This document shows, in pieces, positions 8,217 through 18,274 of a stretch of DNA of 64,000 bases. Under the pieces are notes generated by a model that saw only the letters and a program-made list of their open reading frames with translations, did no database searches and was not told the DNA's origin. The DNA is from Vicinamibacterales bacterium. GTDB lineage: Bacteria; Acidobacteriota; Vicinamibacteria; Vicinamibacterales; UBA8438. How positions within the stretch are numbered: position 1 is the stretch's first letter; the number at the start of each line of letters is the position of its first letter. The DNA is taken from positions 2,691,218-2,755,217 of the forward strand of contig OZ253543.1 in NCBI GenBank assembly GCA_965262555.1, in the 5' to 3' direction. Position numbers and translations under genes: made by a program.

Positions 8217-9782
8217 ATGATGATCCATCGGAGCCCCTTCCCGGACATCGAGATACCGGTCCGGCCGCTGCACGAACGGGTGTTGGAACATGCCGGCCGG
8301 TGGCCCGGGAAGGCCGCCCTCATCGACGGACCGTCCGGGCGGACACTCACCTATGTGCAACTGCAGGACGCGGTGCGCGGCGTCGCCGCCGGCCTCGCGG
8401 CGCGCGGCTTCGCCAAGGGGGATGTCTTCGCCATCTTCAGTCCCAACCTGCCGGAGTACGCCGCGGCGTTCTTCGGTGTCTCGATGGCGGGGGGTGTCGT
8501 CACGACGATGAACCCCCTCTACACCGCCGAGGAGGTGCACCGGCAGCTCGTCGACTCGGGGGCGACATTCCTGGTGACGGTCCCGCCCTTCCTGGAGGCG
8601 GCGGCCGAGGGTGCGCAGGGGACGCAGGTGAAGGAGCTGTTCGTCTTTGGGGAGGCGGAGGGGGCGACGCCGTTCGCGGCACTCATGGCGGCGGGTGATC
8701 CGCCCCCGGTGGCCCTGGACGCGCGCGCGGATCTCGTGGCGCTTCCCTACTCCAGCGGCACGACCGGCATGCCGAAGGGCGTCATGCTGACGCACTTCAA
8801 CATGGTGGCGAACCTCTCGCAGATCGACGCGGTGGAAGGCATCGAAACCGATCATGTCCTGATCGGCATCCTGCCCCTGTACCACATCTACGGCATGACC
8901 GTGATCATGAACGCCGCGCTGTACGCCGGCGCCACCGTCGTCACCATGCCCCGCTTCGATCTGGAACAGTTCCTCGGCCTGATTCAGCAGTACAGGGTGA
9001 CAACCGGCTACCTCGTCCCGCCGATCGTGCTGGCGCTGGCAAAGCATCCGGCGGTCGATCAGTTCGATATCTCGTCCCTCGACAACGTGATGTCGGGCGC
9101 CGCGCCGCTGCCGGAATCGGTCGCCACCGGCGCCGCCGCACGGAACAACATGCTGGTTCGCCAAGGCTACGGTCTGACCGAGTCGAGCCCGGTAACGCAT
9201 ACGAACCCGAAGAGCCGCGAACTGCGCATCACGTCGGTCGGCACATCGCTCCCGAACACCGAGTGGCGGATCGTCGATGCCGAGTCGGGCAACGACGCCG
9301 CCACGGGCAACCTGGGCGAGGTCTGGATTCGGGGCCCGCAGGTGATGAAGGGCTACCTCCACAACGTGGAGGCGACGCGCAACATGATTGACGCCGACGG
9401 CTGGCTCCACACCGGCGACATCGGCAAGGCGGACGCCGACAGTTACCTCTACGTGGTCGACCGCCTCAAGGAGCTGATCAAGTACAAGGGCTTCCCGATC
9501 GCCCCGGCGGAACTGGAAGCGGTCATCCAGTCCCACCCGGCCGTCGCCGACGCCGCGGTCGTTCCGAGTCCCGACGAGGAGGCGGGCGAGGTCCCCAAGG
9601 CGTTCGTCGTTCTCCGGCCCGATGCCCGGGCGACCGCCGAGGAACTGATGGCCCATGTCGCCGAGCACGTCGCGCCCCACAAGAAGGTCCGCCGGTTGGA
9701 GTTCATCGATGCCATTCCCAAGAACCCCTCCGGCAAGATCCTCCGCCGCCAGCTTGTCGAGCGCGAACGCGCCCGCGCCTGA
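8217..9782 (+). CDS. AMP-binding acyl-CoA ligase (4-coumarate-CoA ligase-like)
   Basis: YSSGTTGMPKGV, GYGLTE, TGDIG, PSGKILRR motifs. The ATG at 8217 avoids overlap with the SDR gene. Confidence 0.9.
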   Translation: MMIHRSPFPDIEIPVRPLHERVLEHAGRWPGKAALIDGPSGRTLTYVQLQDAVRGVAAGLAARGFAKGDVFAIFSPNLPEYAAAFFGVSMAGGVVTTMNPLYTAEEVHRQLVDSGATFLVTVPPFLEAAAEGAQGTQVKELFVFGEAEGATPFAALMAAGDPPPVALDARADLVALPYSSGTTGMPKGVMLTHFNMVANLSQIDAVEGIETDHVLIGILPLYHIYGMTVIMNAALYAGATVVTMPRFDLEQFLGLIQQYRVTTGYLVPPIVLALAKHPAVDQFDISSLDNVMSGAAPLPESVATGAAARNNMLVRQGYGLTESSPVTHTNPKSRELRITSVGTSLPNTEWRIVDAESGNDAATGNLGEVWIRGPQVMKGYLHNVEATRNMIDADGWLHTGDIGKADADSYLYVVDRLKELIKYKGFPIAPAELEAVIQSHPAVADAAVVPSPDEEAGEVPKAFVVLRPDARATAEELMAHVAEHVAPHKKVRRLEFIDAIPKNPSGKILRRQLVERERARA

Positions 9783-9817
9783 CGCCTTCCCCCCGCGCGT
9801 GCCAAGGATGATGCGGC

Positions 9818-10888
9818 ATGACTGAGCGAACCACCCGATCGACGACGCATCCGGCCTGCCTGGCCCTCGTGCTCGCCGCCCTCGCCGGCACGGCGGCGGG
9901 TGCTGCGGCGCAATCGCTCCCCAACCCGTATCGCCTCGTCGACGAGTGGCCCCACCTGCCGATGCACATGAACGGCGGACAGTGGGGCGAGACGATTGGC
10001 GTCGACCGCGACGCGGACGGCAACATCTGGGTCTTCCACCGCTGCTTCAACAACCAGCCGCCCGGCGCCGCCACCTGCGTTGGCCGCGACGACGATCCGC
10101 CAGTCGTGACGTTCAGTCCGGACGGTCAGCTCCTCGACAGCTGGGGCGAAGGGGTCTTCGCGGCGCCGCATGGCTTCCACATCGACCCGGCGGGCAATAT
10201 CTGGGCGACCGACTACAACGGGAGCGACACGGTGCTCGGGCTCCCGGCCGGCGGACGGGGACACCAGGTCTTCAAGTTCAGCCCGACCGGGGAGATCCTG
10301 ATGACCATCGGCCGGGCGGGGGTCGCGGGGAACGGGACGGATACGTTCGAGCGGCCGACCGACGTGGCCGTCAACGCCAACGGCGACATCTTCGTCACCG
10401 ACGGCCACGGACCGAACAACCGGGTGGTGAAGTTCGACCGGAACGGCCGCTTCATCCTGACGTGGGGCACACCGGGCGACGGCCCCGGCGAGTTCAACCA
10501 GCCGCACACCATCACTCTGGACAGCCGCGGGCGGGTGTTCGTGGGGGACCGGTCGAACAGCCGGATACAGATCTTCGAGCCGGACGGCACGTTCGTGGCG
10601 GAGTGGACGCAGTTCGGGCGGCCGAGCGGCATGTTCATTGACGAGGACGACGTGTTGTACGTCACCGACTCCACCTCGACCTCCCAGAACAACCCGGGCT
10701 TCAACCGCGGGATCTATATCGGCAGCGCCGTCGACGGCACGGTGCACGCCTCTATCCCGGATCCGGATCTCGATCAGCAGGACGCGCTACGGATATCGGG
10801 AGCGTCGGGAATCACTGCGGACCGCCAGGGCAACATCTATGCTGCCGATGTCGGTCCGCAACGGATCCGCAAGTACGTCAGGCGGTAG
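9818..10888 (+). CDS. exported NHL-repeat beta-propeller protein (peptidyl-alpha-hydroxyglycine lyase-like)
   Basis: Signal peptide. Repeated F..P.g.avd..G.i.V.D motifs. Confidence 0.75.
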   Translation: MTERTTRSTTHPACLALVLAALAGTAAGAAAQSLPNPYRLVDEWPHLPMHMNGGQWGETIGVDRDADGNIWVFHRCFNNQPPGAATCVGRDDDPPVVTFSPDGQLLDSWGEGVFAAPHGFHIDPAGNIWATDYNGSDTVLGLPAGGRGHQVFKFSPTGEILMTIGRAGVAGNGTDTFERPTDVAVNANGDIFVTDGHGPNNRVVKFDRNGRFILTWGTPGDGPGEFNQPHTITLDSRGRVFVGDRSNSRIQIFEPDGTFVAEWTQFGRPSGMFIDEDDVLYVTDSTSTSQNNPGFNRGIYIGSAVDGTVHASIPDPDLDQQDALRISGASGITADRQGNIYAADVGPQRIRKYVRR

Positions 10889-10940
10889 GCCGGTGGCGGG
10901 CGCCGGAGGAACCGCCACGGCGGACCGCGGTCCGGAGGCC

Positions 10941-12020
10941 CTACTCCGGCGCCGGAAGGTAGGCGAGCCGGTCACCACGGAAGGACCCAAGCCACAGCTC
11001 GTCCCCTATCCGGATCGCGGTGGTCGACGCGATGAACCCGTCCATGGCGGGATGCACGAATATCCGCTCAAACTCGAGGGTCTCCGGATCGATGGCCGCG
11101 ACGTTGGTGGTTTCCAGCGTCGGCTCGCGCGGATCGGTGATCGAGTTGCCGTTCCTGTCGGTGTGTCCCGCCGCGTAGATCACCGACCTGTCCATCGTCA
11201 TCCGCAGGTTATCCGGCCGGAAGCCGAGTTGGATAACCTCCTTCTCCATCGGGGTCCGGCCGCGCGACAGCCGGGTCAGCTTCTCCTCCGCCCACCCGGC
11301 GATGTAGAGCACCTCGCCGTCCTCCGACACCTCGATCCCGTTCGCCGCAGTGTCCTCGCTCCCCGGGATCACCTCCCACCCGCTGTCGGCATGCCACTCC
11401 CACACGCCAATGCCTGCGTTCGTCGTAGCGAAGCCGCCCTCGGGCAGGGCAACCACCGAGTTGAGCCTGGCGCCGTCCGGCGCCACCGCGCAGCCGACCC
11501 AGGCGAGGCTCGGCGGGGTATTCCGCGCGTCCACCTCGAACGCCTCGATCGATTCCCTCGAGCCGTGATGGACCACCAGCAGCGTGTGGACGCCGTCCTC
11601 TTCCGGATCGAGATAGAGCCCGTGGTGCCGCGAGCTATCGGGGTTGGCGTCGTCGAGCGGACCGGGACACTCGGGCCAGGTCTCGGCATCCAGCCGCTCC
11701 TCGCTCTCGGGCGTCGGAAAGAGGAGGGTGGAGGTCTTTTCGCTGACGTTCAGCAGGTGGATCCGCCCACCCTCCCGTGCGCCGGACGTGATCGCCCACG
11801 CCTCGCCCGGGAGCACCGCGATGTCCTCCGGGCTCACCATGTCGCAGATGAACTGCACGTCTCCGACCGGGTCGCACGGATGTTCACTCAGAACCGCGGA
11901 CTGCGGCGGTTCCGGCGCCGCGTCGGCGGCAGGTTCCGGCTCGGGCTCCGGAGCCGGCCCCCCGCAGCCAGCCGCGACGATCATGACCAATCCCAGTGCC
12001 GCCAGCTTTGCCGTGCTCAT
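10941..12020 (-). CDS. lipoprotein, probable beta-propeller fold
   Basis: Lipobox VAAGC after MSTAKLAALGLVMI. AGGAGGG RBS upstream of ATG 12020. Family not securely recognised. Confidence 0.6.
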   Translation of the reverse strand: MSTAKLAALGLVMIVAAGCGGPAPEPEPEPAADAAPEPPQSAVLSEHPCDPVGDVQFICDMVSPEDIAVLPGEAWAITSGAREGGRIHLLNVSEKTSTLLFPTPESEERLDAETWPECPGPLDDANPDSSRHHGLYLDPEEDGVHTLLVVHHGSRESIEAFEVDARNTPPSLAWVGCAVAPDGARLNSVVALPEGGFATTNAGIGVWEWHADSGWEVIPGSEDTAANGIEVSEDGEVLYIAGWAEEKLTRLSRGRTPMEKEVIQLGFRPDNLRMTMDRSVIYAAGHTDRNGNSITDPREPTLETTNVAAIDPETLEFERIFVHPAMDGFIASTTAIRIGDELWLGSFRGDRLAYLPAPE

Positions 12021-12100
12021 GACGCCCTCCTTCCGGATCGAGATGGCGACAGAATACCACCGCACGTTGCACCATAGGGGCTTCTCGCTCACGATGACAC

Positions 12101-13540
12101 ATGGGCGGCAAGACATCGAAACGAGGCGGTCGGATCCCACGCGTTGACGCCGCCCGTCTCGCCACGGCGGCCCTCGTTGGATCCCTCTTGTGGCTCGTCC
12201 CGGCGCCGGCCGGCGTGCAGCCGCGCGCGTGGCATCTTCTCGCCATCTTCGTCGCCACGATGGTCGGGATCGTCCTGCGCCCGATGCCGATGGGCGCTTT
12301 GGCCTTCGTGTCGATCGCCTTCGCGGTACTCTCGGGCACGCTGACGATTGCCGAGGCTACCGCCGGGTTCGGCAACACCGTCGTCTGGCTGGTGGTAGCA
12401 GCGTTCTTCATCGCAACCGCTTTCGTCAAGACGGGACTCGGCACGCGCATCGCGTACCAGTGCATGCGCCTCCTCGGAAAACGGAGCCTCGGGCTCGCCT
12501 ACGGCTTTGTCGCGACCGACCTGGTCCTGGCCCCCGCCATCCCCAGCAACACGGCCCGCGCCGGCGGCGTCATCTTTCCGATCCTCAAGTCCCTCTGTGT
12601 TTCCCTCGGGAGCGACGCCGCACTCGGCACCCAACGCCGGATCGCCGGCTTCCTGACGTTCGTTGCCTACCAGAGCGTGGTCATCACCAGCGCGATGTTC
12701 CTCACCGCAATGGCCGCGAACCCGCTCGCGGCCGAGCTCGCGTCGCAGCAGGGAGTGGAAATCTCCTGGACGCTCTGGGCCGTGGCGGGATTCGTTCCGG
12801 GCGTCGTCAGCCTGTTGGTCGTGCCGCTGCTCATCTACCGTCTCTATCCACCGGAGATGACGCACACCCCGGAGGCGCCGGAACTGGCGCGGCAGAGGCT
12901 GCGGGAGATGGGGGCGATGTCGCGCGACGAGTGGGTCCTGCTCACCGTATTCCTCTTCCTCCTGACCCTCTGGATCTTCGGCGGCACGCTCGGCGTCAAC
13001 GCCACGGCAACCGCGCTGGCCGGGGTGGCCGCGATGCTCGCCACCGGCGCGCTCGCGTGGGACGACATCCTCAACGAACGGAACGGCTGGGACACCCTGA
13101 TCTGGTTCGCGGTTCTCGTCATGATGGCAAGCCAACTCGGGGAGCTGGGCCTGCTCGCCTGGTTCACCGAGCGGGTCGCTGGCGTGCTGGGAACGGGGCA
13201 TTGGCTTCCCGCTTTCCTCGGCCTGAGCCTGATCTACTTCTACGTGCACTACTTCTTCGCGTCGAATACAGCCCACGTCAGCGCCATGTACGCCCCGTTC
13301 CTGGCGCTCGCCATCGTCGTCGGCACGCCGCCCGTGTTGGCCGCCCTCGTCCTCGCCTTCTTCAGCAACCTGTTCGCGTCCATCACGCACTATGGCACGG
13401 CGGCGGCTCCGATCCTGTTCGGGTCCGGCAACGTGGACATCGGCGACTGGTGGAAGCTCGGCGCGCTCATCAGCGTGGTGAACATTGCGATCTGGCTGGG
13501 CGTCGGCAGTCTCTGGTGGCGCCTGCTGGGCCTGTGGTGA
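12101..13540 (+). CDS. DASS family anion/dicarboxylate transporter (2-oxoglutarate/malate translocator-like)
   Basis: Polytopic protein with two SNTA/SNTAH hairpin motifs (PSNTARAG and ASNTAHVS). Confidence 0.85.
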   Translation: MGGKTSKRGGRIPRVDAARLATAALVGSLLWLVPAPAGVQPRAWHLLAIFVATMVGIVLRPMPMGALAFVSIAFAVLSGTLTIAEATAGFGNTVVWLVVAAFFIATAFVKTGLGTRIAYQCMRLLGKRSLGLAYGFVATDLVLAPAIPSNTARAGGVIFPILKSLCVSLGSDAALGTQRRIAGFLTFVAYQSVVITSAMFLTAMAANPLAAELASQQGVEISWTLWAVAGFVPGVVSLLVVPLLIYRLYPPEMTHTPEAPELARQRLREMGAMSRDEWVLLTVFLFLLTLWIFGGTLGVNATATALAGVAAMLATGALAWDDILNERNGWDTLIWFAVLVMMASQLGELGLLAWFTERVAGVLGTGHWLPAFLGLSLIYFYVHYFFASNTAHVSAMYAPFLALAIVVGTPPVLAALVLAFFSNLFASITHYGTAAAPILFGSGNVDIGDWWKLGALISVVNIAIWLGVGSLWWRLLGLW

Positions 13541-13753
13541 CCGCTTCCCGCGAATCGGCTACAGCACGCCCGCATCCCTCGTCAGTCAACGCAGCAGCCG
13601 CTCGACGAGTTCCCGCGGGCGCACAACCGTGACGTCGGTACTGACCAGACGCCCCCGCGCAATTGACAACGGCGCGGGGCGGGCTTGCGCCCGGCCGCAT
13701 CCGGCTCCATGATCGGCACACGCGGACTGGGACCGCGTACGAAGGAGGGTGAA

Positions 13754-14758
13754 ATGAGCCGACGGTGTCGCGCGGCGGTATCAATCGTTGTCGCAATCCT
13801 CGTACTGACGCCCGCGTTCGCCACAGGGCAAGAGACCACCGAGACGTCGCTCCGGACAGAATGGGGCGATCCTGCCCTCCACGGCATCTGGGACTTCCGG
13901 TCCATTACGCCGCTCCAGCGGCCCGAGGAGTACGCGGATCGGGAGTTCCTGACGGAAGAAGAGGCGGCGGGCCTGGAGCAGGCAACCACCGACCGCGAGC
14001 TGGAGCTGCTGCTTCGACCGGCCCGGCGAACGCAGGCGGGCGCCAACGTGGACCGGGGCGAGGACGGCGCGCTGGGCGCCTACAACGACTTCTGGCTGGA
14101 CCGGGGAACGACGACCGTCAGTTCGCGACGGACGTCGCTGATTGTGGATCCGCCGAACGGACGCATGCCACCGCTGACCGAGGAGGCGCAGCGGAGGCGG
14201 GACGAGCGGGCCGCGTACCGGCGTGAGCACCCTGCCGATTCCTGGGAAGACCGCGGCCTGAACGATCGGTGCATGTTCACCACCGGCCTGCCGATGGTGC
14301 CGAGCGCCTACAACAACAACGTGCATCTGTTCCAGACGCCGGATCACGTGGTGCTGCTCGTCGAAATGACCCACACCGTGCGCATCGTGCCGCTGGACGG
14401 ACGTCCGCGCCCTGAGCAGCCGATCCGGCAGTTCGTGGGTGATTCGCGCGGGCACTGGGACGGCGACACACTGGTCGTCGAGACGATGCACTTCAACCGC
14501 CTGACGGGCCTGCGGGGCTCGACTTCCGACGCGCGCCTCGTGGAACGATTCACGCGGGTCGGCCCGGACGCTATCCGGTACGAGTTCACCATCGAGGATC
14601 CGGACACCTGGACGATCCCCTGGACGGCCCGAGTGGAGTTGAAGCGGACCGATCAGCCGTTGTACGAGTACGCCTGCCACGAGGGCAACTACTCAATGGA
14701 GGGCATTCTCGCGGGGGCTCGGGCGGAGGAGCGGGAAGCCGCGCAGGAATCTCGATAG
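13754..14758 (+). CDS. conserved secreted protein of unknown function (paralog of 44392..45462)
   Basis: Signal peptide. Motif blocks shared with 44392..45462: RTSL(I/V).(D/T)P(P/D)GR.PP, (V/I)(V/I)P(L/V)DGRP, GDSRG.W.GDTLVVET.HF, YEYACHEGNY. GGAGG RBS at 13744-13748. Confidence 0.75.
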   Translation: MSRRCRAAVSIVVAILVLTPAFATGQETTETSLRTEWGDPALHGIWDFRSITPLQRPEEYADREFLTEEEAAGLEQATTDRELELLLRPARRTQAGANVDRGEDGALGAYNDFWLDRGTTTVSSRRTSLIVDPPNGRMPPLTEEAQRRRDERAAYRREHPADSWEDRGLNDRCMFTTGLPMVPSAYNNNVHLFQTPDHVVLLVEMTHTVRIVPLDGRPRPEQPIRQFVGDSRGHWDGDTLVVETMHFNRLTGLRGSTSDARLVERFTRVGPDAIRYEFTIEDPDTWTIPWTARVELKRTDQPLYEYACHEGNYSMEGILAGARAEEREAAQESR

Positions 14759-14764
14759 CGCCTG

Positions 14765-17149
14765 ATGACACGCGGGGTAGCGCCTGACGTGGGCGCGGAC
14801 GGCGAGACCATCGCCTTCGCCAGGCAGACGGCGCGGTTCGTTGCGGCGCTCGTGCCGTGGCTCCTGCTGCTGGCGGCCGCGCCATGGCTGGCGGCTGCGC
14901 CACAGGAGCCTGCGGGCAGCGCGATCGATGGTCCACCCGCCCCGGTGCCACCGGCCACCATTACCCGCGACGCCAACGGCCGGGCAACGATCCGCGCCGT
15001 CCGTCTCGATCCCCCCCTGCAACTGGACGGCGTGCTCGATGAGCCGATCTACGCCAGCGTTGAGCCGTTTGGCGACTTTATCCAGCAGACACCCGACGAA
15101 GGAGCTCCAGCCACGGAGCCGACGGACACCTGGATCTTCTTCGACGATGAGTCGATCTACGTGGGGGCGCGGGTGTACGAGTCGGTTCCCGAGTCGGAGT
15201 GGGTCGCCAACGAGATGCAGCGCGACTCGTCGCAGCTCATCAACAACGACGGATTCATCGTTGTCTTCGACACCTTCTACGACCGCAGGAACGGCTTCGG
15301 CTTCAGGGTCAATCCCATCGGGGGGTTCAGCGATCGCCAGATCACCGACGAGGGAAACCCGAACTCCGACTGGAATCCCGTCTGGGATGTGCGCACCGGG
15401 CGCTTCGATGGCGGCTGGACCGTTGAAATGGAGATTCCGTTCAAGTCGCTCCGCTTCCCCCGCGGGAGATCGCAGTTGTGGGGAATCCAGGTAGGCCGGG
15501 ATATACGTGCGCACTTTGAAGAGGCGTACCTGACGGCGGTGCCGATTTCGGCCGGGCCGGGACAGTTCCGCCTGTCGGCGGCGGGGACCCTCGTTGGTCT
15601 GGAGGTGCCGGACGGCAACCGAACGTTCGAGATCAAACCCTTTGTGATCGGCTCACTCGCCACCGACCGGACCGTCGTGCCGCCGATCCTGCATGCCGGC
15701 GACGGGGAGGCCGGCGCGGACGTCAAGTACGGACTCACCGAGAATCTCACGGCGGACTTCACCTGGAACACCGATTTCGCGCAGGTCGAGGTGGACGAGC
15801 AGCAGATCAACCTGACGCGGTTCAGCCTGTTCTTCCCGGAGAAGCGCGAGTTCTTCCTGGAGAGCCAGGGCATCTTCGACTTCGGGCAGGTGGCCGGCTT
15901 CGGTGGCCTCGGCGGATCCGGACGCGGGAGTTTCGCCGGGGGGCCCGGCTCCTTCGGGGGCGGAGACGTCCCGACCATCTTCTTCAGTCGGCAGATCGGC
16001 CTGGACCAGCGACGAACCGTCCCGATCCTGGGCGGCGGGCGTCTGACTGGCAAGGTCGGGGACTTCAGCGTCGGGGCCATCAACATTCAGACCGATGACG
16101 CGCCGGCCACCGGCGTCGGCGCAACGAACTTCACCGTGCTCCGCGTCAAGCGCGACATTCTCCGCCGGAGTCGCGTCGGCGCGATCTTCACCAACCGGTC
16201 AGTCTCGCTGAAGGGCGATGGCAGGAACCAGGCGTATGGAATTGACGGGGCATTCTCGTTCTACGACAACGTGAACCTCTACGGCTACTACGCCCGCACC
16301 AACACGCCGGGCCTGGAGGGCGATACGGAGAGCTATCAGGCAGCCTTCTCCTATCAGGGCGACCTCTACGGTTTCATCGTCGATCACCTGCTCGTCGGCG
16401 GGAATTTCAACCCCGAGGTGGGCTTCCTGCGGCGCGAAGACTTTCGACGGACGTACGTCTACGGCCAGTTCAGCCCGCGACCGCGCCGCCTCGAGGCGAT
16501 TCGACAGTTCACCTGGGGCGGTGGCCTCGACTACATCCTGAACGGCGCAGGGCAGCTCGAGACCCGCATCGTGCAGGGACGCTTTCAGATCGAGTTCGAG
16601 AACAGCGACAGGCTGAGCGCAGACGCTCAGCAGGACTACGAGTTCCTGGTCAAGCCCTTCGAGATTACCGACGACGTAACCATCCCGGTCGGTCGCTACG
16701 AGTTTCGGGACTTCCAGGTGTCGTACCGCATGGGACCACAGCGCCGACTGGCGGGCCGCTTCTCGCTCCAGCATGGCGAGTTCTTCGACGGCACCATCAC
16801 CGCCGTCGGCTATTCGCGCGGCCGCATCGAGGTCACGCGACAGTTCGCGGTGGAGCCGAGCATCTCGCTCAATCGGATCACGCTGCCGCAAGAGATGTTC
16901 ACGGTGAGCGTGGCGACGACGCGGCTCACCTACACGTTCACGCCCCGGATGTTCGTCAGCGCGCTGCTGCAGTACAACTCGACCGACCACGTGCTCAGCA
17001 CGAACGTGCGGTTGCGCTGGGAGTATCAGCCGGGGAGCGAGCTGTTCGTCGTGTACAACGATCAGCGGGACACCTGGCTGAACCGCGGCTTCCCGATGCT
17101 CGAGAACCGTGCCTTCGTCGTGAAATTCACCCGGCTGTTCCGCTTCTGA
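14765..17149 (+). CDS. DUF5916/CBM9-like large exported (probable outer-membrane beta-barrel) protein, copy 1
   Basis: N-terminal CBM9-like region (LDG.LDE..W), conserved NTDFAQVEVDEQQINLTRFSLFFPEKREFF block, C-terminal ...F.F ending. Starts 6 nt after the upstream gene. Confidence 0.75.
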   Translation: MTRGVAPDVGADGETIAFARQTARFVAALVPWLLLLAAAPWLAAAPQEPAGSAIDGPPAPVPPATITRDANGRATIRAVRLDPPLQLDGVLDEPIYASVEPFGDFIQQTPDEGAPATEPTDTWIFFDDESIYVGARVYESVPESEWVANEMQRDSSQLINNDGFIVVFDTFYDRRNGFGFRVNPIGGFSDRQITDEGNPNSDWNPVWDVRTGRFDGGWTVEMEIPFKSLRFPRGRSQLWGIQVGRDIRAHFEEAYLTAVPISAGPGQFRLSAAGTLVGLEVPDGNRTFEIKPFVIGSLATDRTVVPPILHAGDGEAGADVKYGLTENLTADFTWNTDFAQVEVDEQQINLTRFSLFFPEKREFFLESQGIFDFGQVAGFGGLGGSGRGSFAGGPGSFGGGDVPTIFFSRQIGLDQRRTVPILGGGRLTGKVGDFSVGAINIQTDDAPATGVGATNFTVLRVKRDILRRSRVGAIFTNRSVSLKGDGRNQAYGIDGAFSFYDNVNLYGYYARTNTPGLEGDTESYQAAFSYQGDLYGFIVDHLLVGGNFNPEVGFLRREDFRRTYVYGQFSPRPRRLEAIRQFTWGGGLDYILNGAGQLETRIVQGRFQIEFENSDRLSADAQQDYEFLVKPFEITDDVTIPVGRYEFRDFQVSYRMGPQRRLAGRFSLQHGEFFDGTITAVGYSRGRIEVTRQFAVEPSISLNRITLPQEMFTVSVATTRLTYTFTPRMFVSALLQYNSTDHVLSTNVRLRWEYQPGSELFVVYNDQRDTWLNRGFPMLENRAFVVKFTRLFRF

Positions 17150-17172
17150 TCCAAGACACCACGGGCTGCTAG

Positions 17173-18213
17173 CTAGAACGTGGCGATCGGGTTGATCGGC
17201 GACCCGGTGCCGCGCGTGGGCAGAGGCGCCGCCGTCAACAGGAACTCGTAGCGGTTCAGCGAGGCGGCCACCTCCGCCACCGCCTCCAGGTCGAGGTTGT
17301 CGAACAGCGGCATCCCCAGGTAGATGAGCGCGAACCGGTGAAGCGGCCGCGGGCCGAGGTCTTCGGGCACCGTCACCGCCGGGTCGGCGTCGGCCGGCGC
17401 CATGTCCTGCGCCGCTTCGCCTCCCAGCAGCGCGATGTCGCGCTGCTTCAGCCACGGAATGACCGACGCGTGCAGGCCGGCCGCCTCGCTGGCGACGTCC
17501 CAGGGGCCGACCTCGGCGCGCCGGGCCCAGCGACCGGTGCGGATGACGACCGCGTCGCCGGAGGACACCGTCATGCCGGTGGCTGCCTCCCAGGCCTCCA
17601 GGTCTTCGATGTAGATCGGCGTTCCGGGCTCCAGGTACGGCACGTTCCGGAACCGTGCCATGTCGATGAGAATCCCGCGCGTCACGATCCCGGACTTCGC
17701 GTTGTGCACGGTGTTCCTGGCGTGGCCGCCCTGCGCCGCGACCACCTCGGGATCCGGCTGGTAGTTGTTGTACGTGATCCCGTCGCCGATGAAGTTGTGG
17801 TTCAGGAAGTCCAGGTGCGTGTGGATGAACCCGTGGTACGCCACGCGAATCTCGTCGGCCGTGATCCCGAGCGGAATGACCTGATACGGGCGCGGACCGT
17901 CGATCGTCGCTTCCGTTTCGGCGTCGTGGGCGAGCGACACGGAGCGGCCCTCCCGCACCAGGTCCGCGGCCTGCCGTCGTTTCTCCGACGTGATCAGGTT
18001 CAGAGTGCCGATCTCGTCGTCGGCTCCCCACCGGCCCCAGTTGGTCAGTTCCCGCTTCCACCGCTCGACGTCCGCCTGCGTCACCTGCCGTTCGTTTGCG
18101 CCTTGCGCCGGCTCCTGCCCGACACCCCGGACGCCCGTGTGTGCAACCAGCACCACGACGACAACGCCCGCCAGTGTGGCGGCGCCGGCCAGACGTCGCA
18201 TGTGTGTCTCCAT
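17173..18213 (-). CDS. exported cyclase family protein (kynurenine formamidase-like)
   Basis: Signal peptide plus the HGFIHTHLD metal-binding motif typical of the putative cyclase family. Confidence 0.75.
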   Translation of the reverse strand: METHMRRLAGAATLAGVVVVVLVAHTGVRGVGQEPAQGANERQVTQADVERWKRELTNWGRWGADDEIGTLNLITSEKRRQAADLVREGRSVSLAHDAETEATIDGPRPYQVIPLGITADEIRVAYHGFIHTHLDFLNHNFIGDGITYNNYQPDPEVVAAQGGHARNTVHNAKSGIVTRGILIDMARFRNVPYLEPGTPIYIEDLEAWEAATGMTVSSGDAVVIRTGRWARRAEVGPWDVASEAAGLHASVIPWLKQRDIALLGGEAAQDMAPADADPAVTVPEDLGPRPLHRFALIYLGMPLFDNLDLEAVAEVAASLNRYEFLLTAAPLPTRGTGSPINPIATF

Positions 18214-18274
18214 CGGTCTTCTCCCAAATGTTCGCGTTCCCGTGTGCCCGCATCGCGAAACGCGGCCCCCGATG

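Noticed and set aside
13653-13693. GC-rich hairpins (CCCCGCGC-N11-GCGCGGGG followed by CGGGC-TTGC-GCCCG) downstream of the DASS transporter gene.
   Set aside because: There is no U-tract, and such stems are frequent in high-G+C DNA. Evidence is insufficient to call a terminator or riboswitch.
15277-16086. A 269-aa antisense ORF that has a similar 269-aa counterpart at 41508..42317 (shared ...SRKNSRFSGKN...CCSSTSTCAKSV...).
   Set aside because: The similarity is the mirror image of the conserved NTDFAQVEVDEQQ(I/V)NLTRF.LFFPEKR.FF block of the DUF5916 paralogs on the sense strand. It is not evidence for an overlapping gene.
16199-18253. 684-aa ORF on the minus strand. Similar very long ORFs are 41440..43863, 55544..57637, 57685..59478, 8142..9680, 9449..10747 and 12089..13390.
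   Set aside because: These are antisense shadows of well-supported genes in about 70% G+C DNA. Their translations are Arg/Pro/Gly/Ala-rich with no recognisable motifs or RBS.
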